A stretch of DNA of 64,000 nt. Source: an uncultured Clostridia bacterium (GTDB taxonomy: Bacteria; Bacillota; Clostridia; TANB77; CAG-508). Position 1 is the stretch's first letter, and each line of letters starts with the position of its first letter. This document shows, in pieces, positions 30,286 to 40,521 of this stretch. Location of the stretch: NCBI GenBank assembly GCA_904381285.1, contig CAJFII010000005.1, positions 81,535 through 145,534 on the forward strand. The letters are read 5' to 3'. The notes beneath the pieces were generated by a model. The model was not told the origin of the DNA. It did not search any database and worked only from the letters and a program-made list of their open reading frames with translations. A program made the translations under genes and the position numbers.

Positions 30286-32538
30286 ATGTTTAAAGTATTA
30301 AAAAATTTAAAAAATTCTGCTTTATCAGTCATTGCAATTATAATACTATTATGTGTGCAAGCATGGGCTGATTTAGAATTGCCAAGTTATACTTCTAAAA
30401 TAGTAAATGTTGGTATACAGCAAGGTGGTATAGAAGATGTAACACCAGTTGTTATTAGTAAAAATCAAATGGAAAATTTATTAATATTTACTAATGAAGA
30501 TGAAAAAATTTTAAGCTATTATGAATTGAACACAAATGATATGTCTTCACAAGCAAGTAAAAAAATAGAAAAATATTTTGATGAAGACAATAAAGTGGAA
30601 CCAAATACTGTATATGTTTTAAAGGACTTAAAACAAGAAGAACAAAATGAACTTAATGAAATAATGGAAAAACCTTTAATGGAAGCATACAGTGTTACAA
30701 ATGAAGCAACATCTGAACAAATAAAAGGACAAATTTTACAACAACTTCCAGAAGAACAAAAAATAATGTTAGAACAAATGAGTACTATAGAGATTTTGAA
30801 ATCTATGACACAAGAAGAATTAGACAAAATATTAGAAGGAATTAGCAAACAAATTGATGAAAACTTAGAAAGTATGTCTTCACAAGTAGCAATAACAGCT
30901 ACAAAAGAAGAATATAAAGAATTAGGAATAAATACAGATGATATTCAAAATAATTACATATTTATGACAGGATTACAAATGCTTGGAATAGCAGCAATTA
31001 GTTTAGTGTGCGCTGTAACTATTATGTTATTATCATCTAGAGTGGCAGCTACACTTGGAAAAGTGTTAAGAGAAAAAGTATTTAAAAAAGTTTTAGGTTT
31101 TAGCATAAAAGAATTTAACAATTTTTCAACAGCATCACTAATAACACGTAGTACAAATGACATTCAACAAATTCAAATGTTAATAACAATGCTATTTAGA
31201 GTAGTAGTATATGCACCAATTATAGGTATAGGTGGATTTATTAGAGTACTTACAAATAGCAATACTAGTATGGCATGGATTATAGGTCTTGCAGTACTTT
31301 GTGTTATAGGAATAGTTCTTGTACTATTTATAGTGGCAATGCCAAAATTCAGAAAATTACAAGATTTAATAGATAAATTAAACCTTGTATCACGTGAAAT
31401 TCTAACAGGATTACCAGTAATTAGAGCTTTCAATACAGAGAAAAAAGAAGAAAAAAGATTTGATGATGCCAATAAAGATTTAATGAAAGCAAATATATTT
31501 GTAAATAGAGCAATGAGCATAATGATGCCAGCATTAATGTTTGTTATGAACTCAATTATGTTATTAATAATTTGGGTTGGAGGACACAATGTAGACCAAG
31601 GTATAATGCAAGTTGGTGACATGATGGCATTTATACAATATACAATGCAAATTGTAATGAGCTTTTTAATGATTTCAATGATATCTATTATGCTTCCACG
31701 TGCTGCAGTATCTGCAAAACGTATTAATGAAGTATTAGAAACAGAACCTAGTATAAAAGATATTGAAAATCCAAAACACTTCGATAAAAATTTAGTAGGA
31801 CTTGTACAATTTAAGAATGTATCATTCAGATATCCAGATGCAGACCAAGAATTATTAACAGATATTAATTTTACAGCAGAACCAGGAAAGACTACAGCAA
31901 TTATTGGTAGTACAGGTTCAGGAAAATCTACTATTGTTAACTTGATTCCTCGTTTTTATGATGTAACAGGAGGAGAACTATTAATTGACGGGGTAAACAT
32001 TAAAGAAGTACCTCAAAAAGAATTAAGACAAAAAATTGGATTTGTACCTCAAAAAGGAGTATTGTTCTCTGGAACAATTGAATCTAATATAAAATATTCT
32101 GATGAAGACATGTCAGATGAAAAAATGATAGAGGCAGCCAAAATAGCACAAGCGACTGAATTTATTGAAACAAAAGAAAATAAGTATAAATCTGAAATAG
32201 CACAAGGAGGAAGTAACGTATCAGGAGGACAAAAACAACGTTTATCTATAGCAAGAGCAATTGCAAAAGATCCAGAAATATTTGTGTTTGATGATAGCTT
32301 TTCTGCACTAGATTTAAAAACAGATGCAAACCTAAGAGCAGCACTTGCGGATATTACTAAAAATAAGACTGTAATAATTGTAGCACAAAGAATTAGCACA
32401 ATATTAAATGCAGATCAGATAATAGTATTGGACGAAGGAAAAATAGTAGGAATTGGAACACATGAAGAATTAATGAAAAATTGTGAGACATATTCACAAA
32501 TTGCTTTATCACAATTATCAAAAGAAGAATTAGAATAA
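30286..32538 (+). CDS. ABC exporter half-transporter (TMD-NBD), degenerate-site subunit, with a large extra extracytoplasmic loop
   Basis: Walker A GSTGSGKST, signature VSGGQKQRL, Walker B VFDDSFSALD (Asp instead of the catalytic Glu); roughly 190-aa insert between TM1 and TM2. Confidence 0.85.
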   Translation: MFKVLKNLKNSALSVIAIIILLCVQAWADLELPSYTSKIVNVGIQQGGIEDVTPVVISKNQMENLLIFTNEDEKILSYYELNTNDMSSQASKKIEKYFDEDNKVEPNTVYVLKDLKQEEQNELNEIMEKPLMEAYSVTNEATSEQIKGQILQQLPEEQKIMLEQMSTIEILKSMTQEELDKILEGISKQIDENLESMSSQVAITATKEEYKELGINTDDIQNNYIFMTGLQMLGIAAISLVCAVTIMLLSSRVAATLGKVLREKVFKKVLGFSIKEFNNFSTASLITRSTNDIQQIQMLITMLFRVVVYAPIIGIGGFIRVLTNSNTSMAWIIGLAVLCVIGIVLVLFIVAMPKFRKLQDLIDKLNLVSREILTGLPVIRAFNTEKKEEKRFDDANKDLMKANIFVNRAMSIMMPALMFVMNSIMLLIIWVGGHNVDQGIMQVGDMMAFIQYTMQIVMSFLMISMISIMLPRAAVSAKRINEVLETEPSIKDIENPKHFDKNLVGLVQFKNVSFRYPDADQELLTDINFTAEPGKTTAIIGSTGSGKSTIVNLIPRFYDVTGGELLIDGVNIKEVPQKELRQKIGFVPQKGVLFSGTIESNIKYSDEDMSDEKMIEAAKIAQATEFIETKENKYKSEIAQGGSNVSGGQKQRLSIARAIAKDPEIFVFDDSFSALDLKTDANLRAALADITKNKTVIIVAQRISTILNADQIIVLDEGKIVGIGTHEELMKNCETYSQIALSQLSKEELE

Positions 32539-32588
32539 TAAATTATGTGTTACAAAAATATGAAGTTATAGATAGAAAGGAGTAAAAA

Positions 32589-34427
32589 ATGGCAAACAAT
32601 ATAAGAGGACCAATGAGAAGAGGTCAAATGGGTTCAGGAGCAGCAGAAAAAGCAAATGATTTTAAAGGTACAACAAAGAAGTTAATAAAAGATTATCTAT
32701 CAAAATATAAAATAGCATTAATTATAGTAATAGTATTTGCCATAGGTAGTACAATATTTTCGATAGTAGGTCCAAAAATTTTAGGTAATGCTACAACAGA
32801 AATATTTAATGGTATTGTAAGCAAATTATCTGGTGGAAGCGGAATAGATTTCGGAAAGGTTTTAAGCATATTATTAACTCTATTAGTATTATATTTAATA
32901 AGTGCATCATTTTCCTTAATACAGGGATTTACAATGACTGGTATTGCACAAAAATTAACATATAAATTACGTAATGATATTGCCGTAAAAATAAATAAAT
33001 TACCTATGAAGTATTTTGATAAAAGAACAAACGGTGAAGTATTATCAGTTATAACAAATGATATTGATACATTAAGCCAAAACTTAAACCAAAGTATTAC
33101 ACAAATTATTACATCAATATGTACATTAATAGGTATATTAATTATGATGTTTTCTATAAGTTGGGAAATGACACTAGTTTCTTTAATAATATTGCCAATA
33201 ACAGTATTTATAGTGAAAAAGATAGTTGGAAAATCACAAAAATATTTTACAAGGCAACAAGATTACTTAGGTCATGTAAATGGTCAAGTAGAAGAAGTTT
33301 ATGGAGGACATACAATTGTAAAAGCATTTAATGCAGAAGAAGAAACAATAAAAGAATTTGAAAAAGCAAACAATGAATTATATAGGTCTGGTTGGAAATC
33401 ACAATTTTTATCTGGACTTATGCATCCTATAATGAATTTTGTTGGAAATGTTGGTTATGTTGCAGTAGCAATACTTGGGGGATATTTAGCAATACAAGGA
33501 AAAATAACAGTAGGTAATATTCAAAGCTTTATACAATATAATAAACAATTTACACAACCTATTAATCAAATTGCACAAGTATCTAGTATGCTTCAATCAA
33601 TGGTTGCAGCAGCAGAAAGAGTGTTTAAATTTTTAGAAGAACCAGAAGAAGTAAGTACTGTAAAAAATCCTGTTTCAACAGAAGGATTAAAAGGAAATGT
33701 AAAATTTGATCATGTTCGTTTTGGATATGATGAAGACAGAATAATAATAAATGATTTTAATGCAGATATTAAAGATGGGCAAAAAATAGCAATTGTTGGA
33801 CCAACAGGAGCTGGAAAAACAACTATGGTAAAACTATTAATGAGATTTTATGATGTGAATTCAGGTGCTATTTTAGTAGATGGTCACAACATAAAGGATT
33901 TTGACAGAGGTGAACTTCGTAGAATGTTCGGAATGGTATTACAAGACACATGGCTATTTGGTGGAACTGTAAAAGATAATATAAAATATTCTAATCCAGA
34001 AGCAACTGATGCAGAAGTAATAGAAGCTGCAAAATCTGCACATGTTCATCACTTTATAAAAACACTACCAAAAGCATATGATATGGTAATAAATGAAGAA
34101 TCATCAAACATTTCAGCTGGACAAAAACAATTATTAACAATAGCTCGTGTAATATTAGCAAATCCTAAAATACTAATATTAGACGAAGCAACAAGTTCTA
34201 TAGATACTAGAACAGAACAGCAAATACAATCAGCAATGGATAATTTAATGAAAGGTAGAACAAGTTTTATAATTGCCCACAGATTATCAACTATAAAAAA
34301 TGCGGATTTAATTTTAGTAATGAATCATGGAGACATAGTAGAACAAGGAACACATGAAGAATTACTAGCAAAAGGTGGATTTTATAGTGATTTATATAAT
34401 TCACAATTTGAAGTTGAAGAAGAATAA
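32589..34427 (+). CDS. ABC exporter half-transporter (TMD-NBD), consensus-site partner
   Basis: Walker A GPTGAGKTT, signature ISAGQKQLL, Walker B ILDEATSSID. Confidence 0.85.
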   Translation: MANNIRGPMRRGQMGSGAAEKANDFKGTTKKLIKDYLSKYKIALIIVIVFAIGSTIFSIVGPKILGNATTEIFNGIVSKLSGGSGIDFGKVLSILLTLLVLYLISASFSLIQGFTMTGIAQKLTYKLRNDIAVKINKLPMKYFDKRTNGEVLSVITNDIDTLSQNLNQSITQIITSICTLIGILIMMFSISWEMTLVSLIILPITVFIVKKIVGKSQKYFTRQQDYLGHVNGQVEEVYGGHTIVKAFNAEEETIKEFEKANNELYRSGWKSQFLSGLMHPIMNFVGNVGYVAVAILGGYLAIQGKITVGNIQSFIQYNKQFTQPINQIAQVSSMLQSMVAAAERVFKFLEEPEEVSTVKNPVSTEGLKGNVKFDHVRFGYDEDRIIINDFNADIKDGQKIAIVGPTGAGKTTMVKLLMRFYDVNSGAILVDGHNIKDFDRGELRRMFGMVLQDTWLFGGTVKDNIKYSNPEATDAEVIEAAKSAHVHHFIKTLPKAYDMVINEESSNISAGQKQLLTIARVILANPKILILDEATSSIDTRTEQQIQSAMDNLMKGRTSFIIAHRLSTIKNADLILVMNHGDIVEQGTHEELLAKGGFYSDLYNSQFEVEEE

Positions 34428-34497
34428 GAATTAAAAATAATTAAATATATTAAATAAAAAAGGTAAAGCCAATATTGCTCTACCTTTTTATCATATA

Positions 34498-35007
34498 TTA
34501 AAAAACTTTATACCATATTTTCTTTTTAATAAAATCATAAAACAAATCAGGATTTCCAATAGAAAAACCATTTTTATCCAAAACAAAAGAATAATTTTTA
34601 TTAATATATAAATAAAAATTATTTTCAGTTTCAAACACTTTATGCAATTTAAAATATCTTAAATTAAATGAATCATTATCATTTTTAATTTCTATGTAAT
34701 TATCATAAAACGAATAAGTGTTAGTCAATTGCTTTTTTACTTTATCACTATTTGCTTCTTTTTTTACAAAGAAAAAAGGATGAAACACTCTCCAAATCAA
34801 GAATACTATCATAATCAAAAGAAAAAGAATTCCAAGAGAAACATTACTATAAGAAAACTGTAAAACCATACAAAAAACAATTAAAGCAAGCATAAACAAA
34901 GTATATAAGTTATACTTCAAATTATACTTTCTATTATGGAACTCTACAAATTCCCTATAAACATCACTAGTATAAGTAGTAGTATTTTCAAATAATTTAT
35001 TCATGAT
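34498..35007 (-). CDS. Two-TM membrane protein, YcxB-like
   Basis: N-terminal soluble segment, two adjacent TM helices, C-terminal small domain; ATG 35007 (MNKLFEN..) is the more likely start. Confidence 0.4.
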   Translation of the reverse strand: MMNKLFENTTTYTSDVYREFVEFHNRKYNLKYNLYTLFMLALIVFCMVLQFSYSNVSLGILFLLIMIVFLIWRVFHPFFFVKKEANSDKVKKQLTNTYSFYDNYIEIKNDNDSFNLRYFKLHKVFETENNFYLYINKNYSFVLDKNGFSIGNPDLFYDFIKKKIWYKVF

Positions 35008-35076
35008 ATCACCAAGAACATTATAATTGATAAGATGAACTATTGTCAACATCATTTGAATTCATACGACATTCCT

Positions 35077-35105
35077 TGAACTTTAGGGACGTTCCTTAAA
35101 GTTCA
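35077..35105. repeat. 29-nt palindromic repeat core TGAACTTTAGGGACGTTCCTTAAAGTTCA
   Basis: Identical to 48802-48830; related to 13071-13144 and 26820-26879. Confidence 0.85.
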
Positions 35106-35275
35106 CGAAGTAAATTATCGGTTGAAACGGAGATTTTTGATAAATTCAAAGTTCTTGTATCACTTTTTATGTAAAAAAGTGATATATAAAAAGAGTCCAA
35201 ACTATTGCAAATGGAAGATGGCAAATATAAAATGACGAAAAAGAAAGAAAAAAGCAGTAGGAGGACCAAAGAAAA

Positions 35276-36571
35276 ATGAGAAGAAAAAATATAAGCAAGA
35301 AAATAATAAAAAAGGCAAAAGGAATAACGTTAATATCATTAGTAATAACAATAATAATATTATTAATACTAGCGGGAGTAACATTAAGTTTGACATTGGG
35401 AGATAATGGAATAATAACTCAAGCTGAAAAAGCAAAAGAAGCCCATGAAATAGCAGCAATAAAAGAAGATTTTCAACTAGCAATATTAGATAAAGAACTA
35501 GAAAAAGGAGGAACAGGGTTAACACAGGAAGAATTAGAAGAAATAGCAGGAAACTATGGAGAATTGCAAGAAGATGGAAATACAATAAAAACAGAAGACG
35601 GATATGAAATAAAAATAGACGAAATATATAAGCCAGGAGGAGGAACAAGTGGAGGAGGAAGTGGAGCAAGTGATGAAGAGTTAGCAGCATTAGAAGAAAA
35701 AATAAAAGAACTAGAACAAACAGTAGAAGACTTAAATAACACCAAAACAGAATTGGAGGGAACAATAGAAGACTTAAATGGGCAATTAGAACAAGCTGGG
35801 GAAGATAAAGCAGCATTACAAGAACAAATAGAAAATTTACAAGGACAAGTAGACAGTTTAACTAGAACAAAAGAAGAACTAGAAGGAACAATAAGTGACC
35901 TAAACACTCAAATAGCAGAGTTACAGAAAAAACAAGCAACAGGAACAGCAGTAGCGTCAGATGTATTGGAAAATAAAACATTTTCAAATTCAAGTAATGT
36001 AGGAATAAAAGGAACGATGGCAAACAGAGGAACATTAAATTGGTCAAGTAGCAATACAACATATAATGTACCAGCAGGGTATTATAGTGGAGGAACTCTA
36101 GATTCAAGACCAAGTTATAATGCAGGATATAGTGCAGGTAACAGTGCAGGATACAATAGTGGTTATAGTGCAGGAAATAGCGCAGGTTATAATAATGGAT
36201 ATAATGCAGGTGTGAATGCTGGAAAGGCAAATCCAAATTTAACTAGTGGAAATAGTAGTCAAAATATGGCGACTAAAAAAACCACCATAACATTAACTTT
36301 AAATCTAAGTGGAAGTAATGGAATACTTGCTGTTGCTACATCTGCAAATAATAATAATAGTTCAGGTAATCCTACATTGTCAGTGACAAAATCTAGTGGA
36401 ACAGCAACGCTTTCATTAGTGTCTGAAAATTATTATGGTACTACTGGAACTTCATATCCTTCTGCTGTAAGATTACAAATATATAAATATACTGGAAATT
36501 CAGGGGGAGTAATTACTGCATCAGCGTATGGAAGTCAACCAGCAATGGTTGCAAGGTGTATCAATTTTTAA
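35276..36571 (+). CDS. Pilin-like N-terminus + coiled coil + Gly/Asn/Ser-rich tail-fibre-like C-terminal protein
   Basis: KAKG/ITLISLVITIIILLILAGV resembles a prepilin class III signal (Ser instead of Glu at +5); heptad-like EDLN..ELEGTIEDLNGQLE repeats; ..GTMANRGTLNWSSSNTTYNVPAGYYSGGTLD, then a GYSAGNSAGYN repeat. Confidence 0.6.
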   Translation: MRRKNISKKIIKKAKGITLISLVITIIILLILAGVTLSLTLGDNGIITQAEKAKEAHEIAAIKEDFQLAILDKELEKGGTGLTQEELEEIAGNYGELQEDGNTIKTEDGYEIKIDEIYKPGGGTSGGGSGASDEELAALEEKIKELEQTVEDLNNTKTELEGTIEDLNGQLEQAGEDKAALQEQIENLQGQVDSLTRTKEELEGTISDLNTQIAELQKKQATGTAVASDVLENKTFSNSSNVGIKGTMANRGTLNWSSSNTTYNVPAGYYSGGTLDSRPSYNAGYSAGNSAGYNSGYSAGNSAGYNNGYNAGVNAGKANPNLTSGNSSQNMATKKTTITLTLNLSGSNGILAVATSANNNNSSGNPTLSVTKSSGTATLSLVSENYYGTTGTSYPSAVRLQIYKYTGNSGGVITASAYGSQPAMVARCINF

Positions 36572-36596
36572 AATGATGTCAATTATTAATTATGTT

Positions 36597-36769
36597 AAAA
36601 AGTGACATTCAAAAACGGTCTAAACTATTGTAAACACAAAAATTAAAAGATAAAATAATTGAAAAATGAAAATAAACAAGCAAAAGGAATAACACTAATA
36701 TCATTAGTAATAATAGTTGTCATTTATCTCCGTCCCATTGACAACCCACAAAATGTTATAAAAATGTAA
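36597..36769 (+). pseudogene. Degenerate partial duplicate of the leader and 5-prime end of the pilin-like gene
   Basis: AAAAAGTGACATTCAAAAACGGTCTAAACTATTGTAAA matches 35173-35210; GCAAAAGGAATAACACTAATATCATTAGTAATAATAG matches 35315-35351; the ATG is out of frame with the KGITLISLVI segment and the ORF ends after about 30 codons. Confidence 0.6.
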
Positions 36770-36840
36770 TATAAATTTAATATTAGAAACATTTGCTAAT
36801 TATTATGCTATATATCAACAAAAACTAAGGAAATACAGTA

Positions 36841-36872
36841 AAGAAATAGTAAAATTACTATTTCTTTTTTTG
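36841..36872 (+). terminator. Rho-independent terminator
   Basis: AAGAAATAGTA / TACTATTTCTT stem followed by a T6 run. Confidence 0.65.
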
Positions 36873-36935
36873 GCAAAATAGTTTATTATAAAATAAGTAA
36901 AAACACTAAAAACTTACAAAAGAGGAGAAGAATTC

Positions 36936-38679
36936 ATGAAAGAAATAATGTTGAAGATAACAAAAAAATATAGATTTACAGCATTTTTACAAGTATTTTT
37001 TATTATGCTTAATATTTATTTCTTAACATATCCACCTAAAATAATAGGGAAAATAATAGATCTTTTATACGATATAGAAGCAAATAGAGATTTAATTATT
37101 CAAAACATATATTATTTAATAGGAACTACTATTATTTTATTAATAGTGCGAGTACCTTGGAGATGGCTTTCTGGTTATACACCTAGGAGCATAGAAAGAG
37201 ATTTAAAAAACAAGTTATTTGAGCAATTTACAAAAATAAAAATGACAAGTTTGCAAAACATTAAAAACGGGGAATTAATGTCTTATTTTGTTAAAGACAT
37301 TTCAGAAATTAGACAATTTGTATATAGATTATTATCCTATGGAAGTAGAATATTTTTTACATTAATTATAGCTACATTTACAATGATTTCAGGAGTGGAT
37401 TTTAGCTTAACGGTTGTAACATTACTTCCTATTGTAGTAACAGCATTTTTAATTGTAAAAATAAAGGAATATGTGGAAAAAAGTTTTAGAAAATCTCAAA
37501 AATACTTTACAGAACTTTCAGAATATGTACAAGAAAGCACAGACGCGATAAGAACAACAAAAGCATATTCTGGTGAAATGTTTCAATTAAAAGAATTTAT
37601 AAGGAAAAACAAATTATTAAAAAATGCAAATAATGAAGTAGATGTACATTCAACATTGTTATCTACATGTATTAATATATGTTTTGGTTTATGCTATGGA
37701 ATCTCATTATTATATGGATCGAAATTAGTATTACAAGGGACAATAACAACAGGTGATTTTGTTGCATTTAACGGATATATAGGTTTATTTGTTGGACCAG
37801 TTTCATGGTTACCAGGACTTATTTCAAGATACAAAAGAGCTCAATTATCATATAAAAGATTAGATGAAGTATTTAAATTAGAAAGAGAAAAAATATCATA
37901 TAAAACTGATAAAAACTCTAGTAAATTAATACGGAAATATAGAAATAAAGAATTTAACATATAATTACCCAGAACATATAGAAAACGTCTTAAATAATAT
38001 AAATATAACAGTAAATAGAGGAGAAACTTTAGGAATTATTGGAACAATAGGTAGTGGAAAAACTACACTAATGAATTTACTATTAAGATTATATCCAGTA
38101 CCAAATGGAAAGATATTTATTGATGGACAAGATATTAATTCTATTCCACTAAAAGATTTAAGAGATAGTATTTGCTATATTACGCAAGATAACTTCTTAT
38201 TTTCAACAACGTTAAGAGAAAATGTAAAACTATTTAAAGATGGCTATGAGGAGGAAGATATTAAAGAAAGTACAAAAAATGCAATGATATATGATGATAT
38301 AGAAAAAATGAGAAATGGAATTGATACTGTATTAGGAGAAGATGGAACAAACTTATCAGGTGGACAAAAACAAAGAGTTGTAATATCAAGAGCATTTTTA
38401 AATAGAAGTAATATTATAATATTTGATGATACATTTTCTGCATTAGATAACAAAACAGAGCAATTAGTATTAAACAATGTTAAAGAATTAGTAAAAGATA
38501 AAACTTGTATTATAATATCTAATAGAATATCAGATATAAAAGATGCAAATAAAATTATAGTATTAGATGGAGGAAATATTGTACAAGAAGGGACTCATGA
38601 TAGTTTATTAAGACAAGATGGAAAATACTACGAATTTTATAAACAACAATCTGCTAAAAGTGAAATGGCATTAAACTAA
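36936..38679 (+). CDS. ABC exporter half-transporter (degenerate-site subunit), interrupted at an in-frame CGG (37932-37934); intact only if read +1
   Basis: TMD in frame 0 up to ..NSSKLI, then CGG; the +1 frame gives GNIEIKNLTYNYPEHIENVLNNINITVNRGETLGIIGTIGSGKTT.., LSGGQKQRV, IFDDTFSALD. Confidence 0.8.
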
Positions 38680-38702
38680 TAAAATAAAAGAAGGAGATAC
38701 GA

Positions 38703-40445
38703 ATGAAAAATAAAACATGGCATCGAGTTTATGAAATGGCGAAACCTCATAAAAAAACAATTTCTATAGTTGTTTTTTTATCATTACTAATAAGTATAGG
38801 AGAAATGATAAAGCCATATTTAATTAAAATTGTAATTGATGACTATTTAAGCATGGGTATTTATCAAAAAGGAATAGTTACAATAGGAATGATTGGGGCT
38901 GCATATATTGCTATAGTATTAATAGGCAATATAATTGATTTTATTGCAAGTACTGCTACAAACATGATGGGAGAAGACATTATATATACTATGAGAAATA
39001 GACTATTTAAATATACACAAAATGCAAATATTTCTTTTCATGATAGAACACCAGCAGGTAAGCTTTTTGTAAGAATTACAAATGATGTAGAAGATGTTTC
39101 TACTTTATTTAAAGATGTACTTACAACATTTTTTAAAGATGTAATACTTATAGTAGTAATAGTAGCAATTATGTGTTATTTTAGCGCGACATTAAGTATG
39201 TTATCATTTATAGTAATACCATTTATAGTAGTAATTTCTATTATTCTAACAAGAATGTTAAATAAAATATATGATAAATCTAAAAAGATAAGAACAGAAT
39301 TAAATACCTTTTTAGCAGAATCAATATATGGTGCAAAATTAATAAAAATATTTAATATTCAAAGGGAAAAACAAGCAGAATGTGAAAAATTAAATAATGA
39401 CTATAGAAATTCAAGGTTGCCAGGAGGAACAATAGAAGGACTATTACCAGCGATAATAACAATAGCGGAAAATGTTGCTGTTGCAATTATTATATGGGCA
39501 TGTGTTTATCATTGGTTTGGTATTAGTTTGGAAGTAGGTTTAATTTATGTATTTACCACATATATTAAACAATTATTTGAACCAATAACAAGAATAATTG
39601 ATAATATAGAAGTAGTACAAGAAGCATTCGTATCTATAAATAAGATATATGATATATTAGATCATAAAGAATATCTAGAAAATTTAGAAGATGGAATGAT
39701 TTTAAAAGAAGTGAAAGGTAAAATTGAATTTAAAAATGTATGGTTTTCATACAATAATAAGGATTGGGTTTTAAAAAATGTTAGTTTTACAATAGAGCCA
39801 GGTCAAAGTGCTGCTTTGGTAGGAAAAACTGGATGTGGTAAAACAACAATTACTAACCTAATTAATAGATTTTATGAAATACAACAAGGAGAAATTTTAT
39901 TAGATGGTGTAAATATAAAAAATATAAATAAAAGAAGCTTAAGACAACATATAGGAATAATTTTACAAGACCCATTTATTTTTGCAAGAACAATAAAAGA
40001 TAATATAAAACTTAATGCGAATATATCTGATGAAGAAGTACAAGAATCGGTAAAATTATCTTCTGCAGAAGAATTTGTATCATCATTACCAAATGGAATT
40101 GAAGAAGTAGCAAAAGAAAGAGGAGTATCATTCTCAGCAGGACAGAAACAATTATTAGCTTTCGCAAGAATTTTTGCACATAACCCTTCAATATTTGTAT
40201 TAGATGAAGCAACAGCTAATATTGATACACATACAGAAGCATTAATACAAAAATCAATAGATATAATTTCTAAAAAGAAAACTTCAATATTTATAGCACA
40301 CCGTTTAGCAACAATAGTTAATGTAGATAAAATTATAGTATTAAATGCAGGAGAAATAGTAGAAATGGGAAATCATTTAGAACTATTAAAAACAGGAGGA
40401 TATTATAGTAAATTGTATAATGCATATTATGCAAGTCTACAATAG
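38703..40445 (+). CDS. ABC exporter half-transporter, consensus-site partner
   Basis: Walker A GKTGCGKTT, signature FSAGQKQLL, Walker B VLDEATANID. Confidence 0.85.
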   Translation: MKNKTWHRVYEMAKPHKKTISIVVFLSLLISIGEMIKPYLIKIVIDDYLSMGIYQKGIVTIGMIGAAYIAIVLIGNIIDFIASTATNMMGEDIIYTMRNRLFKYTQNANISFHDRTPAGKLFVRITNDVEDVSTLFKDVLTTFFKDVILIVVIVAIMCYFSATLSMLSFIVIPFIVVISIILTRMLNKIYDKSKKIRTELNTFLAESIYGAKLIKIFNIQREKQAECEKLNNDYRNSRLPGGTIEGLLPAIITIAENVAVAIIIWACVYHWFGISLEVGLIYVFTTYIKQLFEPITRIIDNIEVVQEAFVSINKIYDILDHKEYLENLEDGMILKEVKGKIEFKNVWFSYNNKDWVLKNVSFTIEPGQSAALVGKTGCGKTTITNLINRFYEIQQGEILLDGVNIKNINKRSLRQHIGIILQDPFIFARTIKDNIKLNANISDEEVQESVKLSSAEEFVSSLPNGIEEVAKERGVSFSAGQKQLLAFARIFAHNPSIFVLDEATANIDTHTEALIQKSIDIISKKKTSIFIAHRLATIVNVDKIIVLNAGEIVEMGNHLELLKTGGYYSKLYNAYYASLQ

Positions 40446-40521
40446 ATAATCTTATACTATTGCAATTTTTAAAATTATAATATATAATGTTTACGAAAAG
40501 TTTTTGTTGGAGGCTATTAAT

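Noticed and set aside
35202-35816. 204-aa Leu-rich ORF on the minus strand (and 35554-35907, 35862-36236)
   Set aside because: It is antisense to the GAA/AAA-rich coiled-coil region of the pilin-like gene. Its extreme Leu/Phe composition is the mirror image of Glu/Lys codons, and it has no RBS. It is a spurious shadow ORF.
36100-36240. Short imperfect nucleotide repeats encoding GYSAGNSAGYN
   Set aside because: They lie in frame within the pilin-like CDS as a low-complexity protein repeat. They are not an independent DNA element.
35276-36571. Prophage or tail-fibre locus
   Set aside because: No capsid, portal, terminase, tape-measure, baseplate, lysis or integrase genes are nearby. The flanking genes are ABC transporters and housekeeping functions.
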